This document shows, piece after piece, positions 26,489 through 37,270 of a stretch of 64,000 nt of DNA; positions within the stretch are counted from its first letter, which is position 1, and each line of letters begins with the position of its first letter. The notes beneath the pieces are model-generated. The model saw only the letters and a program-made list of their open reading frames with translations, did not search any database and was not told the DNA's origin. The position numbers and the translations under genes are program-made. Source of the stretch: a virus; IMG/VR virus record IMGVR_UViG_3300022752_000021; one strand, written 5' to 3'.

Positions 26489-28428
26489 GTGGTAAGATCA
26501 ACGATTTCACATTTATCACCAGAGCAAGCAAATGTTTGTGAACTCTTGGTACTATCTGTCTTTTCGTAATTCTTCAACAGTGACCAATCTACATTTTTAG
26601 GCATTTCTACAGCCAAAGCGGTGTATGCAATCTTGGTGCATTCCTGATATGGTGCTTGCTGATACGAGTGATCTGAATGTGGCAAGAACGAAATGCCACT
26701 GATCTCATCGAAATGCTTATACACGAATGCTCCTACCTCCATCCATTCATGTTCACGCACGGTAATGGTGATGGATGGCTTGTGTTCGCACCAATGACGC
26801 TGATACTCAAGCCACAACTGAAGATGCTGAATTGCAGTAAGATCGTTACGAGTAATAGATCCTTCTGCCTTCATTGGGAACGAGAAAACCATTGTGTGGT
26901 CTGGCTTCATCACGCAAGGCTCTGCGGGGAATCCCATGTCGATCATCATCTGACACAGAGGATCTTTGCGATCTGCACGAACAGTGCGAATGTAATATTC
27001 ACTATGTCGTGGGTGAATTCCCGATGCAGAGTCTGTTAGTTGTGAAACAGTTCCACTTGGCTTGATGCATGTGATTGCCGCAGCAGGATTGATTCCAATC
27101 TTTGCTGCCCATTCTTTATTTGTATTGATTGCTTCTTCTTTTAGAGAAGTCAAAATTTCTGATAGTGGTGCTGTAGAAACTACAGTTTCTCCACGCATCA
27201 TCTTATTATCAAGAATGCCTGTGAGAGAAACACCTAGAAGTGCTTCTTCTTCACAGTTCTTCTGCCACGATGATGAGAGATATGGGAAATGTGTAAGAGA
27301 TGCTTGCCATGTTCCCAGAATTGATGCAAGTCGAACCTTACGGCATAGTGATTCATAGGTGTCTTCAGGACGAACAACAACTTCCGTGAGGTTGCAGAAC
27401 TCGCAATCACGAAGGATGATCTCGCTGCATGGATTCGTTCCAAACTCATAGTTTGGATCGCGACGATCACCCAACTTCGCAACAGTCTTCTGTGCTGCCG
27501 CACGATTGAAGATTCCACGCTCTCCGCTCTTGGACTTGTAGAGCGAAACCCACTCGTCCATGAACACGCCGATCTCAGGCTTCTCCTTGTATGCAACTGA
27601 GTTGTTTGCAAGTGCGCGTTGCGGATTGTCATTCCACCATGCACCTGTCTTTGCATCTCTCATTCTTTCATCTGTGAGATTTGAGAGTGAGATAAGAGCA
27701 GAACGTCGGACTCCTCCAACAACGACAATCTCCGCAATCTTGCAGACGATATCATGGCATTCGATGCTAGTAAGTTTTCGTCCTGCTGCGCGTCTAAAGG
27801 TGTCAACGGTGAATCTAAACAGATCCTCCAATGGCTTTGGTCCGCTCGCGCGACCTCCAAAAGTCTTAAGTCTTGCTCCCGCAGGACGAATCTTTGACAG
27901 ATCCCATTGGGGTACTTGACCTCCAATAAGAAGAGAGACGAGTTCCCTGAAAGCCTTTGCCCAACCCGCCTTCGAATCCTGCACCACAATCGTGGTATCA
28001 GAGTCAGTGAATGCTTCAGCGATTGTAGGAAGTTTCTCGACATATTGCCTCTCCACGGAAAAGCCTACGCCTGTGCCGCACATCAATATGTAGAGGATCT
28101 CATCAAATGCACGAACACGGTTTACGGCAACATATGAACAGTTGTAGCCAGCGGTATTATCTCGCTTGAGTGCCTCTCCTGCGGTCATGAGAGAACGCAT
28201 GGAAGGCATGATCTCAAGGTTGAGGACAGCGGTCTTGAGTTCCTGACGAAGTGCAGGATCAAGGTTGTACTTCCTATTGTTCACAAGGTGTTCATCGAAG
28301 AACTTGAAGTAGCGTTCCACAGTCTCTTCCCATGTCTCTCGCCTACCCTCCTTTTCTAGCCATCTTGAATACCTTGAGATGAAAATAAAGTGTTGATATG
28401 GGGTAGGAAGCATTTGGAAAGAACTCAT
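26485..28428 (-). CDS. nrdJ: Class II (adenosylcobalamin-dependent) ribonucleotide reductase
   Basis: RRETWEETV.RY, MPSMR, YNCSY, GGVRRSA, TNPCSEI, CNLTEV, KPSGTVS, C-terminal ACSGDKCE; no small subunit nearby. Confidence 0.9.
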   Translation of the reverse strand: MSSFQMLPTPYQHFIFISRYSRWLEKEGRRETWEETVERYFKFFDEHLVNNRKYNLDPALRQELKTAVLNLEIMPSMRSLMTAGEALKRDNTAGYNCSYVAVNRVRAFDEILYILMCGTGVGFSVERQYVEKLPTIAEAFTDSDTTIVVQDSKAGWAKAFRELVSLLIGGQVPQWDLSKIRPAGARLKTFGGRASGPKPLEDLFRFTVDTFRRAAGRKLTSIECHDIVCKIAEIVVVGGVRRSALISLSNLTDERMRDAKTGAWWNDNPQRALANNSVAYKEKPEIGVFMDEWVSLYKSKSGERGIFNRAAAQKTVAKLGDRRDPNYEFGTNPCSEIILRDCEFCNLTEVVVRPEDTYESLCRKVRLASILGTWQASLTHFPYLSSSWQKNCEEEALLGVSLTGILDNKMMRGETVVSTAPLSEILTSLKEEAINTNKEWAAKIGINPAAAITCIKPSGTVSQLTDSASGIHPRHSEYYIRTVRADRKDPLCQMMIDMGFPAEPCVMKPDHTMVFSFPMKAEGSITRNDLTAIQHLQLWLEYQRHWCEHKPSITITVREHEWMEVGAFVYKHFDEISGISFLPHSDHSYQQAPYQECTKIAYTALAVEMPKNVDWSLLKNYEKTDSTKSSQTFACSGDKCEIVDLTT

Positions 28429-28578
28429 GTGAAACTGTACTCCTTGGTTTTGTTGTGCTGTCTATTTAGCGTCGAGCGATGGATATCGTACACCGAATCC
28501 ATCTGGATTCAAGCATACTAAAATATTGTTTGATAGAAAGTTATTTGTGGTCAGACATTCTCAGCAAAGATGAAATCA

Positions 28579-28986
28579 TCAACCCATTACCTCAAGTTTC
28601 CTCTGCTCAGTCAAAATACCAATCGAAACAAGGTAATTCATACCAGCGATTGTTGTTGGATCATCCGTGTAGATTTCCTGTGCAGCACCAGCCAATTGCT
28701 GAAAATCTGCCACTAGAGAATCCGTGATTGCCTCAGCACGAAATGCTGCTCGTTCCTCTGCTGTAAATCTGAGCAGAAACTGATATGAAGTATAGACTCG
28801 TTGGATTGGCGTTGGTGTCCCTGTAAACCTAGGAGAACCCCTGTCGTTGTAAAGTTGTCCCAACAGACATTCTTCATCATCGACAAGAGGAACCAGGAAA
28901 AACCCCAAGCCAGGATCCCAAGATGGTTCGGCTATTGCAATGGTTTCAACGATGTTTGTTTCTGAATTTATGACTGCACAGCGCAT
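28579..28986 (-). CDS. Tail-fibre-associated hypothetical protein
   Basis: MRCAVI...IVE.I start, FLLRFTAEER motif; follows Gly-rich fibre genes. Confidence 0.5.
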   Translation of the reverse strand: MRCAVINSETNIVETIAIAEPSWDPGLGFFLVPLVDDEECLLGQLYNDRGSPRFTGTPTPIQRVYTSYQFLLRFTAEERAAFRAEAITDSLVADFQQLAGAAQEIYTDDPTTIAGMNYLVSIGILTEQRKLEVMG

Positions 28987-28990
28987 TTTA

Positions 28991-29932
28991 TTACCTCGCC
29001 CAGATGATTACATATCCGTTTCCACCTCTACCACCAGCACCAGCATTGATGGTGTTCAACGAACCACCGCCACCGCCGCCACCGCCGCCACGATAGCCAG
29101 CACCACCGGCATTTGCCGATGTTGTTTGACCACCACCCCCGCCAGGACCACCATGCCCCGGTCCCATTTGACCTCCCCACCAAATTGAGTTGATAGTATT
29201 TGCATCCAATGGGTTTGTGGCAGAGTTAATAACTCCACCAGCAAGGGCATTTCCTGCTCTTGCTATATCTGAATTTGTCACTGTGGTGGTAGTTGATGTA
29301 GGATACGATATTGCTCCTCCCGAACCAGCCGTTGGAGTGGTGGAGACTCCTCCACCACCAGCACCACCATTTGTGAATGGCGTTGAAATTGTTATCGAAG
29401 TTCCTCCAAGGTTTGTTCCTCCAGCACCTCCACCACCAGAGGAAACAACCAGACCTTTCATCATTCTGTTTCCAGCACCACCCGCTGTTCCCGCTGTGTT
29501 TGACCCACCAGAGCCGAATGCTCCTCCAGCAGCGACCATGAGTATTCCAGGTTTTCCTGGAATTGTTATGGTTGTAGCACTACCAGGACTTCCGTTTGAT
29601 CCGCTATTAGTATCGGATGAACTAGCAGCACCACCCGCTCCTCCAGCACCAATCGTTATGAGAAGCGTGTTTCCTGCCTTAAGACCCATCGTGTGAATGT
29701 CAAAATCCTCGTAGCACATTGCGCCACCCGCGCCACCCCCACCCCCAAAGGAGTTAACACCGCTTGCTCTACGACCTCCTCCACCTCCACCCCCTCCTCC
29801 ACCAACTGCGAGGATGGAGAGGATTTTAGTTCCAGGCGGAATTGCAAAGGAACCGCTTGAATCGAATTCCTGCACACTGAGGTACGAGTTCGAACCATTG
29901 CCAATAGGAAAAGCAAAAAAGCCATTGTTCAT
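28991..29932 (-). CDS. Glycine-rich tail-fibre-type protein
   Basis: F.SSGSF..P.G......AVGGGGGGG...GG.GG.GYVII glycine-rich domain. Confidence 0.7.
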   Translation of the reverse strand: MNNGFFAFPIGNGSNSYLSVQEFDSSGSFAIPPGTKILSILAVGGGGGGGGGGRRASGVNSFGGGGGAGGAMCYEDFDIHTMGLKAGNTLLITIGAGGAGGAASSSDTNSGSNGSPGSATTITIPGKPGILMVAAGGAFGSGGSNTAGTAGGAGNRMMKGLVVSSGGGGAGGTNLGGTSITISTPFTNGGAGGGGVSTTPTAGSGGAISYPTSTTTTVTNSDIARAGNALAGGVINSATNPLDANTINSIWWGGQMGPGHGGPGGGGGQTTSANAGGAGYRGGGGGGGGGSLNTINAGAGGRGGNGYVIIWAR

Positions 29933-30342
29933 AGAAGACCCGACTCCACAAGGATATTGAATGTTTCGGTGTTATTTGTGGATGCACGAAGAAGTGCCTG
30001 ACCACCACCAGGCAACATGGTTCCAACCAACTCGGAAACTTCCATTCTAAATGCAGCGACCGATGTGCTTGGTGTGATTGCAGGAACTAGTTTTTCACAA
30101 ATCAAACGGTTTGTTGTTCCGTTGTCCAAGGAAATGAAGAAACGGATAACGCCAGCAGTGGTTGTGCCTGTTGCACAAACTGTTACTCTTATTATTCGTT
30201 CACCGACTCCATCAGCGGCTGCTGCGGCTGGTCCTGTCGCTATGGTTACCAGAGTTCCTGTTCCATCACGATTGGTATTTGCAGTTGTTACTTGACTGAT
30301 CTCTAGATTTGGTTGTGCTGTATATTGTGCTGTCGTTGCCAT
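29929..30342 (-). CDS. Small virion/tail-fibre-associated protein
   Basis: TANTNRDGTGTLVT..TG motif; lies in the fibre operon; GGAG SD. Confidence 0.55.
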   Translation of the reverse strand: MATTAQYTAQPNLEISQVTTANTNRDGTGTLVTIATGPAAAAADGVGERIIRVTVCATGTTTAGVIRFFISLDNGTTNRLICEKLVPAITPSTSVAAFRMEVSELVGTMLPGGGQALLRASTNNTETFNILVESGLL

Positions 30343-30351
30343 TTTGTACTC

Positions 30352-32676
30352 CTATATTATTCCCATTGCCATCAAAACAAAATCCGGAACACGGCTGGAA
30401 ACTGTGAGTGTGTTTCCACTTTGTGTGATTGTAACATTTGTTCCAGCCGTAATTCCTATCGCACCAGTCTTCCCATTCACCGAATTCACAATGTTTGGTG
30501 CAAAAACATTGACCCCAAAGTTTGCCTCTATATTGCTGATGCTGAATAGATTTGTGCCAGTATTATCAACTCCGTTGTATATTGTAAAAACACCAATATT
30601 GTTCTCAAGGTAAGTATTGGTTGCTGTCGTTCCACTTCTGCCTAGTCTTATACCACCAACTCTACTCGCACCACCAGATGCTGCCTGTGCAATGCGTAAA
30701 CCTGCTCCATCGGTGGAAGCAATGATATCCACCGTGTTTGTCGTTGATGTGGCAGCAATCGTTGAATCGAATGTCGCACCGCTTGTCACATACAGATTCG
30801 AAGCAGTCAAACCACCATCAATAACAACAACAGAATTTGCTGGATCTAGTATTATAGATCCATCACCAGTTGCTATCGTTGCATTCGATGTATCGTGGTT
30901 AATTCTAACATAGTCATTAGCAGTGCTGCCACCAGCATAAATGTATAAAGTTGGATGTGCATGATCTGTTGTTGGTATTCTATTAGAACTTGTTCTTTGA
31001 TTATTTTGAACTAAAACCAAAGAACCACTTGATGATGAATTTTGATCCCCTGTCAATAGACCAATGGACAAACATTGTTGTCCGCCACTACTTCTCTGTG
31101 AAAGTGTGTAATATGATGATGCACCAAAAGTAAAATCTTTGCCGTCGCTAATATTACAATTGGTATCATATAAAAAACTACCAGCATTTAGTGTGCCATC
31201 GGAAGATCTAACAGTTCCTAATTTTACACCATATGTCCATGTTGTCGTATCAATATACATTCCATAAGCACTAGCACTGGTCGGTGCTGGCATGATGTCA
31301 ACTCTACCATTTGTTGAATTTTGTATATACTCATCATTTGGTAGTATCAAAGTTCCAGTAGTTAAATCCACATTTCCGCTAACGATTACTGAATCAGATG
31401 GATTGGATAAAAATAGTTGATTGGAACCATCATTAACAAATATGTAAGTGCTATTTCCATCACCATTGTAATCGCCTATGGAAGTTGTGTTAAATGCATC
31501 ACCAATGTTTAAATTTGATATTGAAGTCAAATTACCACTGCCATTAAACTTTATCGTTGATCCAGAACTAAATGTTGCACCAGAAGCAGAAATACCAGCA
31601 GAAAAAGATTGTAATTGTGTAAAGGTTTGTGCTATATTTGTTTTCGCAACATTCGTAACAGCACCAGTTGCACCATTGACTGAAGTAACATAATCCGTTG
31701 GAATAGCACCTGTTGCACCTGTGTTGCCTTGAATTCCTTGAGAACCTGTTGCACCTGTTGCACCTGTTGCTCCTTGAGAACCTGTAGCACCTATTGCACC
31801 TGTGGCTCCAGTTGGTCCAAGTTGAGTATACATTACCTGATGAGCAGTAAGAATTACCGATGGGATTGCTGGTCTAGTAGGACTAGTTCCCGCTGGATCT
31901 GCAATAAGTTCTAAACGAGTATCTGATGTTCGCCACATCAATTCAACATAATCGTTAGCACTAACTTGGAGCATATAGTTCCAAGCAGCAACGGTTTTTG
32001 CTGCTAACGCGCTACCAGAAACAGTGACAATAGTATTACTATCTGGAACATCTGTTCCATTTTTACGGAACCATATATCAATAGTATCTGTGCCAGATCC
32101 CGAAACTCTATCTGCCTGTGCAGAAAATTCAATGTTGTATACACCAGCATGACTAAATGTAATTTGTGAGTTAGAAACTATACTTACACCATTAGAATTT
32201 GGATCTGTGTTGTTGTAAGTAATAGGATAAGCAAGTGTAGTTCCTGCTGCCACTTGATCTTGAGTTGACCAAAAACTACCCCAATATCCTAATGCTCCTC
32301 CTGCACCAGTATTTCCCTGAATTCCTTGCGGACCAGTAGCACCTGTGGCTCCAGTGTTGCCTTGGATTCCTTGAGAACCTGTAGCACCTGTGGCTCCAGT
32401 GTTGCCTTGGATTCCTTGAGAACCTGTAGCACCCGTAGCACCTGTTGCACCTTGAGAACCTGTAGCACCTGTAGCACCTGTATTTCCTTGAGAACCTGTA
32501 GCACCTGTCGCTCCAGAACCACCGCCACCACCAACAATCTGTATTGTTTCTCCAGTTGTACCACCAACATACAAAATGGCATCAGTCACATTGACGGCAA
32601 GTTCGCCGTATGTGAGTCCAGAGGGAACAACCCCCGCAGTTAAGCCTCTCTTGATCTTGATGGTAGTATCTGCCAT
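30352..32676 (-). CDS. Tail fibre protein with collagen-like repeats
   Basis: IKIKRG...[15 protein letters not shown]-terminus, [10 protein letters not shown] repeats, [11 protein letters not shown] motifs; ATAAATA at 32695-32701. Confidence 0.8.
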   Translation of the reverse strand: MADTTIKIKRGLTAGVVPSGLTYGELAVNVTDAILYVGGTTGETIQIVGGGGGSGATGATGSQGNTGATGATGSQGATGATGATGSQGIQGNTGATGATGSQGIQGNTGATGATGPQGIQGNTGAGGALGYWGSFWSTQDQVAAGTTLAYPITYNNTDPNSNGVSIVSNSQITFSHAGVYNIEFSAQADRVSGSGTDTIDIWFRKNGTDVPDSNTIVTVSGSALAAKTVAAWNYMLQVSANDYVELMWRTSDTRLELIADPAGTSPTRPAIPSVILTAHQVMYTQLGPTGATGAIGATGSQGATGATGATGSQGIQGNTGATGAIPTDYVTSVNGATGAVTNVAKTNIAQTFTQLQSFSAGISASGATFSSGSTIKFNGSGNLTSISNLNIGDAFNTTSIGDYNGDGNSTYIFVNDGSNQLFLSNPSDSVIVSGNVDLTTGTLILPNDEYIQNSTNGRVDIMPAPTSASAYGMYIDTTTWTYGVKLGTVRSSDGTLNAGSFLYDTNCNISDGKDFTFGASSYYTLSQRSSGGQQCLSIGLLTGDQNSSSSGSLVLVQNNQRTSSNRIPTTDHAHPTLYIYAGGSTANDYVRINHDTSNATIATGDGSIILDPANSVVVIDGGLTASNLYVTSGATFDSTIAATSTTNTVDIIASTDGAGLRIAQAASGGASRVGGIRLGRSGTTATNTYLENNIGVFTIYNGVDNTGTNLFSISNIEANFGVNVFAPNIVNSVNGKTGAIGITAGTNVTITQSGNTLTVSSRVPDFVLMAMGII
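32330..32520 (-). repeat. Collagen-like Gly-X-Y coding repeats ([15 protein letters not shown])
   Basis: Tandem 9-bp/45-bp units; a second block lies at about 31700-31815. Confidence 0.85.
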
Positions 32677-32706
32677 TTTTATCCTTTATTTACATATTTA
32701 TTTCTT

Positions 32707-33885
32707 CTAGAAGACACCGCCATCAAGAACATTTGGTATTGATCCAGTAGCACCAGTGATGTTGACAACAACACCACCACCAGCCTGTGTAACACTAACA
32801 CCACTTCCACGGAAGTCTATGTCGTTGATGGTGGATCGAATGTACTTGCCATTCAACTTTACGCCGACACCACCACCCGAAGCAGCAAGCCAGTCAAGTT
32901 TGGAGATATCGAAGTTCTTGTTTGCAAGAGGAGCAAAGATCTTCTCCATCTTGTCTAAAAGGTTCTTGCTGTCGAGCGTGACTATCTTCTTGGTCTTGTC
33001 ATAGACGAGTGGATACTGAACATCAATGATGGCATCCTCACCAGCATCTCCTTTGTCACCCTTGTCGCCCTTTGGACCTTGGATTCCCTGTTCACCGCGA
33101 CTACCTACCTCGCCCCTCTCGCCTTTCTCGCCCTTTGAACCTTGGAGTCCCTGCGGACCGCGTTCACCTTTTTGACCTTTGATTCCGCGTTCGCCTTGGA
33201 TTCCTTGTTCTCCGCGCTCTCCTTGGATTCCTTGGATTCCCTGCGGTCCTTGGTCGCCTTTTTCACCGCGTTCACCTTTTTCACCTTTTTCACCACGTTC
33301 GCCTTTTTCGCCGCGTTCGCCTTGGATTCCTTGCTCCCCACGCTCTCCTTGGATTCCTTGCTCGCCCCGTTCACCTCTTTGACCAGGTTCGCCAGTATCT
33401 CCCTTTTCGCCTTTCTCGCCGCGTTCGCCCTTCTCCCCTTGCTGTCCCTGCGCCCCAACTGGACCTCTTTCTCCAGGAAAGCCAGTATAGCCTCGCTCTC
33501 CGCGCTCACCTTTTTCCCCTTTTGGACCCTGTATTCCACCAACTGCTTTACTTTGTTCCGTAATCGCTTTAGGCTTTTCTTTCCGAGTCTTCTCAAGGGG
33601 TATCTCCTTTGGAATGCATCTCTCCACAAGTGAGAACATCATGTCTATCTTGAGGGGATCTCCCACAAGAACAACATGTCCGACATCTTCATTGAAGAGA
33701 CAGATTCTGTGATTGCCTTCACCTTTTCGGTAGACGAATGGGTGTACGGCTTCTGATTCAGAAACTACGTTGAAGTTTATTCCACGGGGGATATCCTTTA
33801 GGTTTGACTTCAACGAGAAAACATCGCCAAGGTTTCCCTTGGAGATGCTTCCTGAGCCAATGAAGCCGCTAAAGTTGTCAACCAT
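32707..33885 (-). CDS. Collagen triple-helix repeat protein
   Basis: Long charged Gly-X-Y run (GERGEKGEQGIQ) at about 33040-33535; CTAAATA at 33916-33922. Confidence 0.8.
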   Translation of the reverse strand: MVDNFSGFIGSGSISKGNLGDVFSLKSNLKDIPRGINFNVVSESEAVHPFVYRKGEGNHRICLFNEDVGHVVLVGDPLKIDMMFSLVERCIPKEIPLEKTRKEKPKAITEQSKAVGGIQGPKGEKGERGERGYTGFPGERGPVGAQGQQGEKGERGEKGEKGDTGEPGQRGERGEQGIQGERGEQGIQGERGEKGERGEKGEKGERGEKGDQGPQGIQGIQGERGEQGIQGERGIKGQKGERGPQGLQGSKGEKGERGEVGSRGEQGIQGPKGDKGDKGDAGEDAIIDVQYPLVYDKTKKIVTLDSKNLLDKMEKIFAPLANKNFDISKLDWLAASGGGVGVKLNGKYIRSTINDIDFRGSGVSVTQAGGGVVVNITGATGSIPNVLDGGVF

Positions 33886-33924
33886 CCTGTGAAATCCTCA
33901 TCTACAATACACCTGTATTTAGGT

Positions 33925-34623
33925 TTACTTGTAGATTGCCTTCCACGAATATGGGAATAGTGGTTCAATGAGTTTAGCAATGGCTGCTGCATATTCCCTA
34001 ACTTCCCATTGTGCATGATCATCAGATCGTAGCGAACAAACTCTTGCATATCCCGCAAGAGAACCAGTCCACCACCATTCGGTGTACATGGATTGAGGAA
34101 GAGCAAATCTAGCCTGTTCTGGTGCTACACCAGCGGCTAGGAGTTCCTTGTAGGTGTCAAGAGCATCATCACAGAGATTCTTGTACGATTCGTCCTGCAT
34201 CGTGGTACCAGTCATAAATTCTGAACTACCTTGCTTGGCTCCATTGGTTGGCGCACCACGCCAGAACGGAGTGTAGTACTCAGGTTCTTCTTTGACATAG
34301 CGACGAGAAACCTCATTCTCGACAAATCCAACCTTATGCTTGAACAATTGTGTTCGAATGGAAATTGGTGCTTTGATATGCAAGCAAATTTGTGGGTGTG
34401 CGAATGGAGTCCAATGTTTATTGTTTGCAAGGTACTTGATCAGATTTCCATCTTCCTTTTCGCGGAATTTAGAAACTTCTTTTGCAAAAGACACACGGGC
34501 AGCATTGACCACCATGAGATCGTTTCCCATGTGATCGATGTATCTGACGAAACCCTTGTCGAGTACATTTATCTTTTGCGGATCACTAGGCTTGTTCTGC
34601 TGTATTCCCTGAAAGATCAACAT
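33925..34623 (-). CDS. thyX: FAD-dependent thymidylate synthase ThyX
   Basis: VVNAARVSF, HWTPFAH, KHKVGFVENEVSRRY, PEQARFALP and HAQWEVR motifs. Confidence 0.95.
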   Translation of the reverse strand: MLIFQGIQQNKPSDPQKINVLDKGFVRYIDHMGNDLMVVNAARVSFAKEVSKFREKEDGNLIKYLANNKHWTPFAHPQICLHIKAPISIRTQLFKHKVGFVENEVSRRYVKEEPEYYTPFWRGAPTNGAKQGSSEFMTGTTMQDESYKNLCDDALDTYKELLAAGVAPEQARFALPQSMYTEWWWTGSLAGYARVCSLRSDDHAQWEVREYAAAIAKLIEPLFPYSWKAIYK

Positions 34624-34804
34624 ATGTAAACTCCACTCCTTCTATATCCGTAAATGTTTTTGCGTAGTCAACGGCTCTTTTCCAAAGTTCAGGATTTACT
34701 TCTTTGATGTATTCCTGAAAATGATGTGTGAATTCAAGAAATGCCTGTGTCAACTTTTCGGCTTCTTCTCGTTCATCGTCGTTTAGATCGTCACTTTCTT
34801 CCAT
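34586..34804 (-). CDS. Small acidic hypothetical protein
   Basis: Fills the gap between primase and thyX. Confidence 0.55.
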   Translation of the reverse strand: MEESDDLNDDEREEAEKLTQAFLEFTHHFQEYIKEVNPELWKRAVDYAKTFTDIEGVEFTYVDLSGNTAEQA

Positions 34805-35841
34805 CGGGCAAACCTCAACTTTGCTTCTGCGCCACTGCATATACAGTTCTTCATGGCTTTTTGTATACTAGCGACGCTCATACCAGCAACAACCATGTCA
34901 TTGATATCTTTTTGTGTGATTCCACTATCCCACACCACAACTTCATGCCCAAGGTCGATGTGCTTCTTCAACTGAGAAACAACGGCAATGTTTCTAGGCT
35001 CATTATCTAGTGCGAATATCAATCGTCTTCCCAACAAAGGCTTTGGAATATTTGAACCATCATTGATTCCAATCATTGCAACTGCATTTGGAATGAAGAG
35101 TGAGTCCAATGGACCTTCGAAGACATAGACATCTCCATCTGAATCCAATCGTTCCATTCCATACCACAACTTCTCAATGGTCTTGTCTCCCTTGAGAGTA
35201 ATGTATCGTGCAGTTCTTCGTGCATTTCGATCATCCACAATCGACAATGCCCTTCCCTGAGCAGCGACCATGCTGCCATGCTTGTCGAAGATTGGAATGA
35301 CAAGTCTTGGAGTGGATTCAACTGCTGCCTCTGGATCAACAAGTTTTGCCCACTTTGCAAAATCACTTGAATAGTAGAGTATGTCCCAATGCTTTCTTGG
35401 TATCTGCCTCAACTCCACAAACTGCCTACAGACATGATTATCTGGAAGATCAGAAACCTTCTTCAGTTTGTCGAGTGGTGTGCCTTCTTTTGCTTCAAAA
35501 GGCTTTTTGAAAAGCCCGAACATCTCTTCCTCCTTTGGTTTGGTGTAGTTTGAATGCCCCATCTCACCGTTTCTCCACCGTTCAAGGGAGTACTCCTTGC
35601 ACATTGCTGGTGCAAAGAGTTCAAGAAACTTATACATCGTGTGGCTTGCACCGCAGTTATGACATCTGAAAAACATGTCATTTTGCTTTTGGTAGAAATA
35701 TCCACGCGCCTTTGCCTTATTCTTCTTTGAGTCCCCACAAAGAGGACATCGAAAGTTGGCGAGATCCTGCTTCTTCCAAGCGAATCTATCAAGACGCGGT
35801 GAGAGAAGATTTATGTACTTCTTGTCGATGAAAAGTGACAT
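34783..35841 (-). CDS. gp61: DNA primase (T4 gp61)
   Basis: NFRCPLCGDS...RCHNCG zinc finger, EGPLDS, DNEPRN, KDINDM. Confidence 0.95.
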   Translation of the reverse strand: MSLFIDKKYINLLSPRLDRFAWKKQDLANFRCPLCGDSKKNKAKARGYFYQKQNDMFFRCHNCGASHTMYKFLELFAPAMCKEYSLERWRNGEMGHSNYTKPKEEEMFGLFKKPFEAKEGTPLDKLKKVSDLPDNHVCRQFVELRQIPRKHWDILYYSSDFAKWAKLVDPEAAVESTPRLVIPIFDKHGSMVAAQGRALSIVDDRNARRTARYITLKGDKTIEKLWYGMERLDSDGDVYVFEGPLDSLFIPNAVAMIGINDGSNIPKPLLGRRLIFALDNEPRNIAVVSQLKKHIDLGHEVVVWDSGITQKDINDMVVAGMSVASIQKAMKNCICSGAEAKLRFARWKKVTI

Positions 35842-37235
35842 TAGTCGAAGTTCCAGTCATCGTATTTATCGTTTGCGGAAGGTACTCCGTTTCCCTTTCC
35901 GTTGTTCTTAACACCATCTTCACTCTTCCCAAAACCCTCGTCCCCGACGATTGGGCTGTCCACATCAAGCAACTTCATTTTAGATCTGTCAATTCCAACC
36001 ACAAACTTCTTGTTACGGGAGACATCATTGTAGCGATTCTTCAATTGCTTGACCATGACCTGACCCTGCTCCTCAAGTTCCTCCGTAGAGATCAGAGCAA
36101 ACATGAGATCGGCAGTCGCAGGAAGTCCAAATGATTCCGATGTATTCTCAAGCCCCACATCGGTATTGTTGAACCCACCTCGGTTGACCTGAGTTGCTGA
36201 GAAGATAGGAACATCGAACTCCACCGCAAGACCACGAAGTTCCTCTGCGATTGCCTTGACGAATGTGTAGGAATTCACACTTGCATTCATCTTCAGTCGA
36301 GCAGAAGCACAGATGTTCAGATAGTCGATGAAGATGATGTCTGGCTCAAAGTTCTTCTTCATCTTCAAGTCATTCAGCAATGCACGAAAATGATTCGCAT
36401 TTGCAGTTGCCGTTGGATACTCCTTGATGATGAGCCTACCCGTGTACTTCTTCCGAATCTGCTGCATCTTCTTGTTGTATAGATCGGCAGGAAGTTTCTT
36501 TAGATCCTCCATCGGAAGATCCATAAGATTGGCATCTATGCGCTCTGCAATTCGTTCTTCTGCCATCTCACAGGTGATGTAGAGGACATCAAGGTTCTGT
36601 GTCAGACAAGCCGATGCATGGTGACACATGAACAGGGACTTGCCCACGCCCGTACCAGCCATGATGATGTTGAGAGTCTTGCGAGGAACACCACCATTCG
36701 TGATGGTGTTGAACTGCTCAATGTCAAATGGAATCTTATTCTCTACTCTGTGGTAGAACTCGTATCGCTTTCCATAGTCTTCGATGTAATCGTGACCGAT
36801 GTTTGTATCGAAGGAGACTGCCAAGGCATCGGAAAGCATCTTTGGTAAAAATCCAACATCTTTGTCCTTGGACTTTCCATCAATGATATGAATCGACTCA
36901 AGGATGGCATTGTAGATTGCCTTATCCTTGCAGAACTTTTCTGTGTGGTCAACAAGCCACTCAAGATCGGGACTCTTGCTGTCATCGAACATCTTGTCGA
37001 GATTCTGAATACATTGCTTCATTACCTCTGGTTCGACATTCGTCTTGGCATCAAGAATGATTTCTAATGCCCCGCGAGTAGGCATGGAGTTGTACTTGTC
37101 GAGATAGTCAGACACCATTCTGAAGATAATCTTGGTGTCCCTATCAGCGAAATAGTCCTCCTTGAGAAAGGGGAGGACTTTTCGGAAGTACTGGTCGTTG
37201 CGTGTTAGTTCACGCAGGATGGTCAGTTCGATCAT
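35841..37235 (-). CDS. gp41: Replicative helicase (T4 gp41, DnaB-like)
   Basis: AGTGVGKS, EMAEERIAERIDAN, IDYLNIC, SESFGLPATAD and QLKNRY motifs. Confidence 0.95.
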   Translation of the reverse strand: MIELTILRELTRNDQYFRKVLPFLKEDYFADRDTKIIFRMVSDYLDKYNSMPTRGALEIILDAKTNVEPEVMKQCIQNLDKMFDDSKSPDLEWLVDHTEKFCKDKAIYNAILESIHIIDGKSKDKDVGFLPKMLSDALAVSFDTNIGHDYIEDYGKRYEFYHRVENKIPFDIEQFNTITNGGVPRKTLNIIMAGTGVGKSLFMCHHASACLTQNLDVLYITCEMAEERIAERIDANLMDLPMEDLKKLPADLYNKKMQQIRKKYTGRLIIKEYPTATANANHFRALLNDLKMKKNFEPDIIFIDYLNICASARLKMNASVNSYTFVKAIAEELRGLAVEFDVPIFSATQVNRGGFNNTDVGLENTSESFGLPATADLMFALISTEELEEQGQVMVKQLKNRYNDVSRNKKFVVGIDRSKMKLLDVDSPIVGDEGFGKSEDGVKNNGKGNGVPSANDKYDDWNFD

Positions 37236-37242
37236 GTAGGTA

Positions 37243-37270
37243 AGTATAGTGTCGGATCAGGTGATGTCAA
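37243..37270 (-). promoter_or_regulatory. Sigma70-type promoter TTGACA-N16-TATACT, 7 nt from the gp41 ATG
   Basis: Read directly; no SD, which suggests a leaderless mRNA. Confidence 0.6.

Noticed and set aside
33105-33633. Alternative-frame and antisense ORFs over the collagen and Gly-rich repeats (also 29190..29696 and 32289..32643)
   Set aside because: They are stop-free by-products of repetitive coding sequence.
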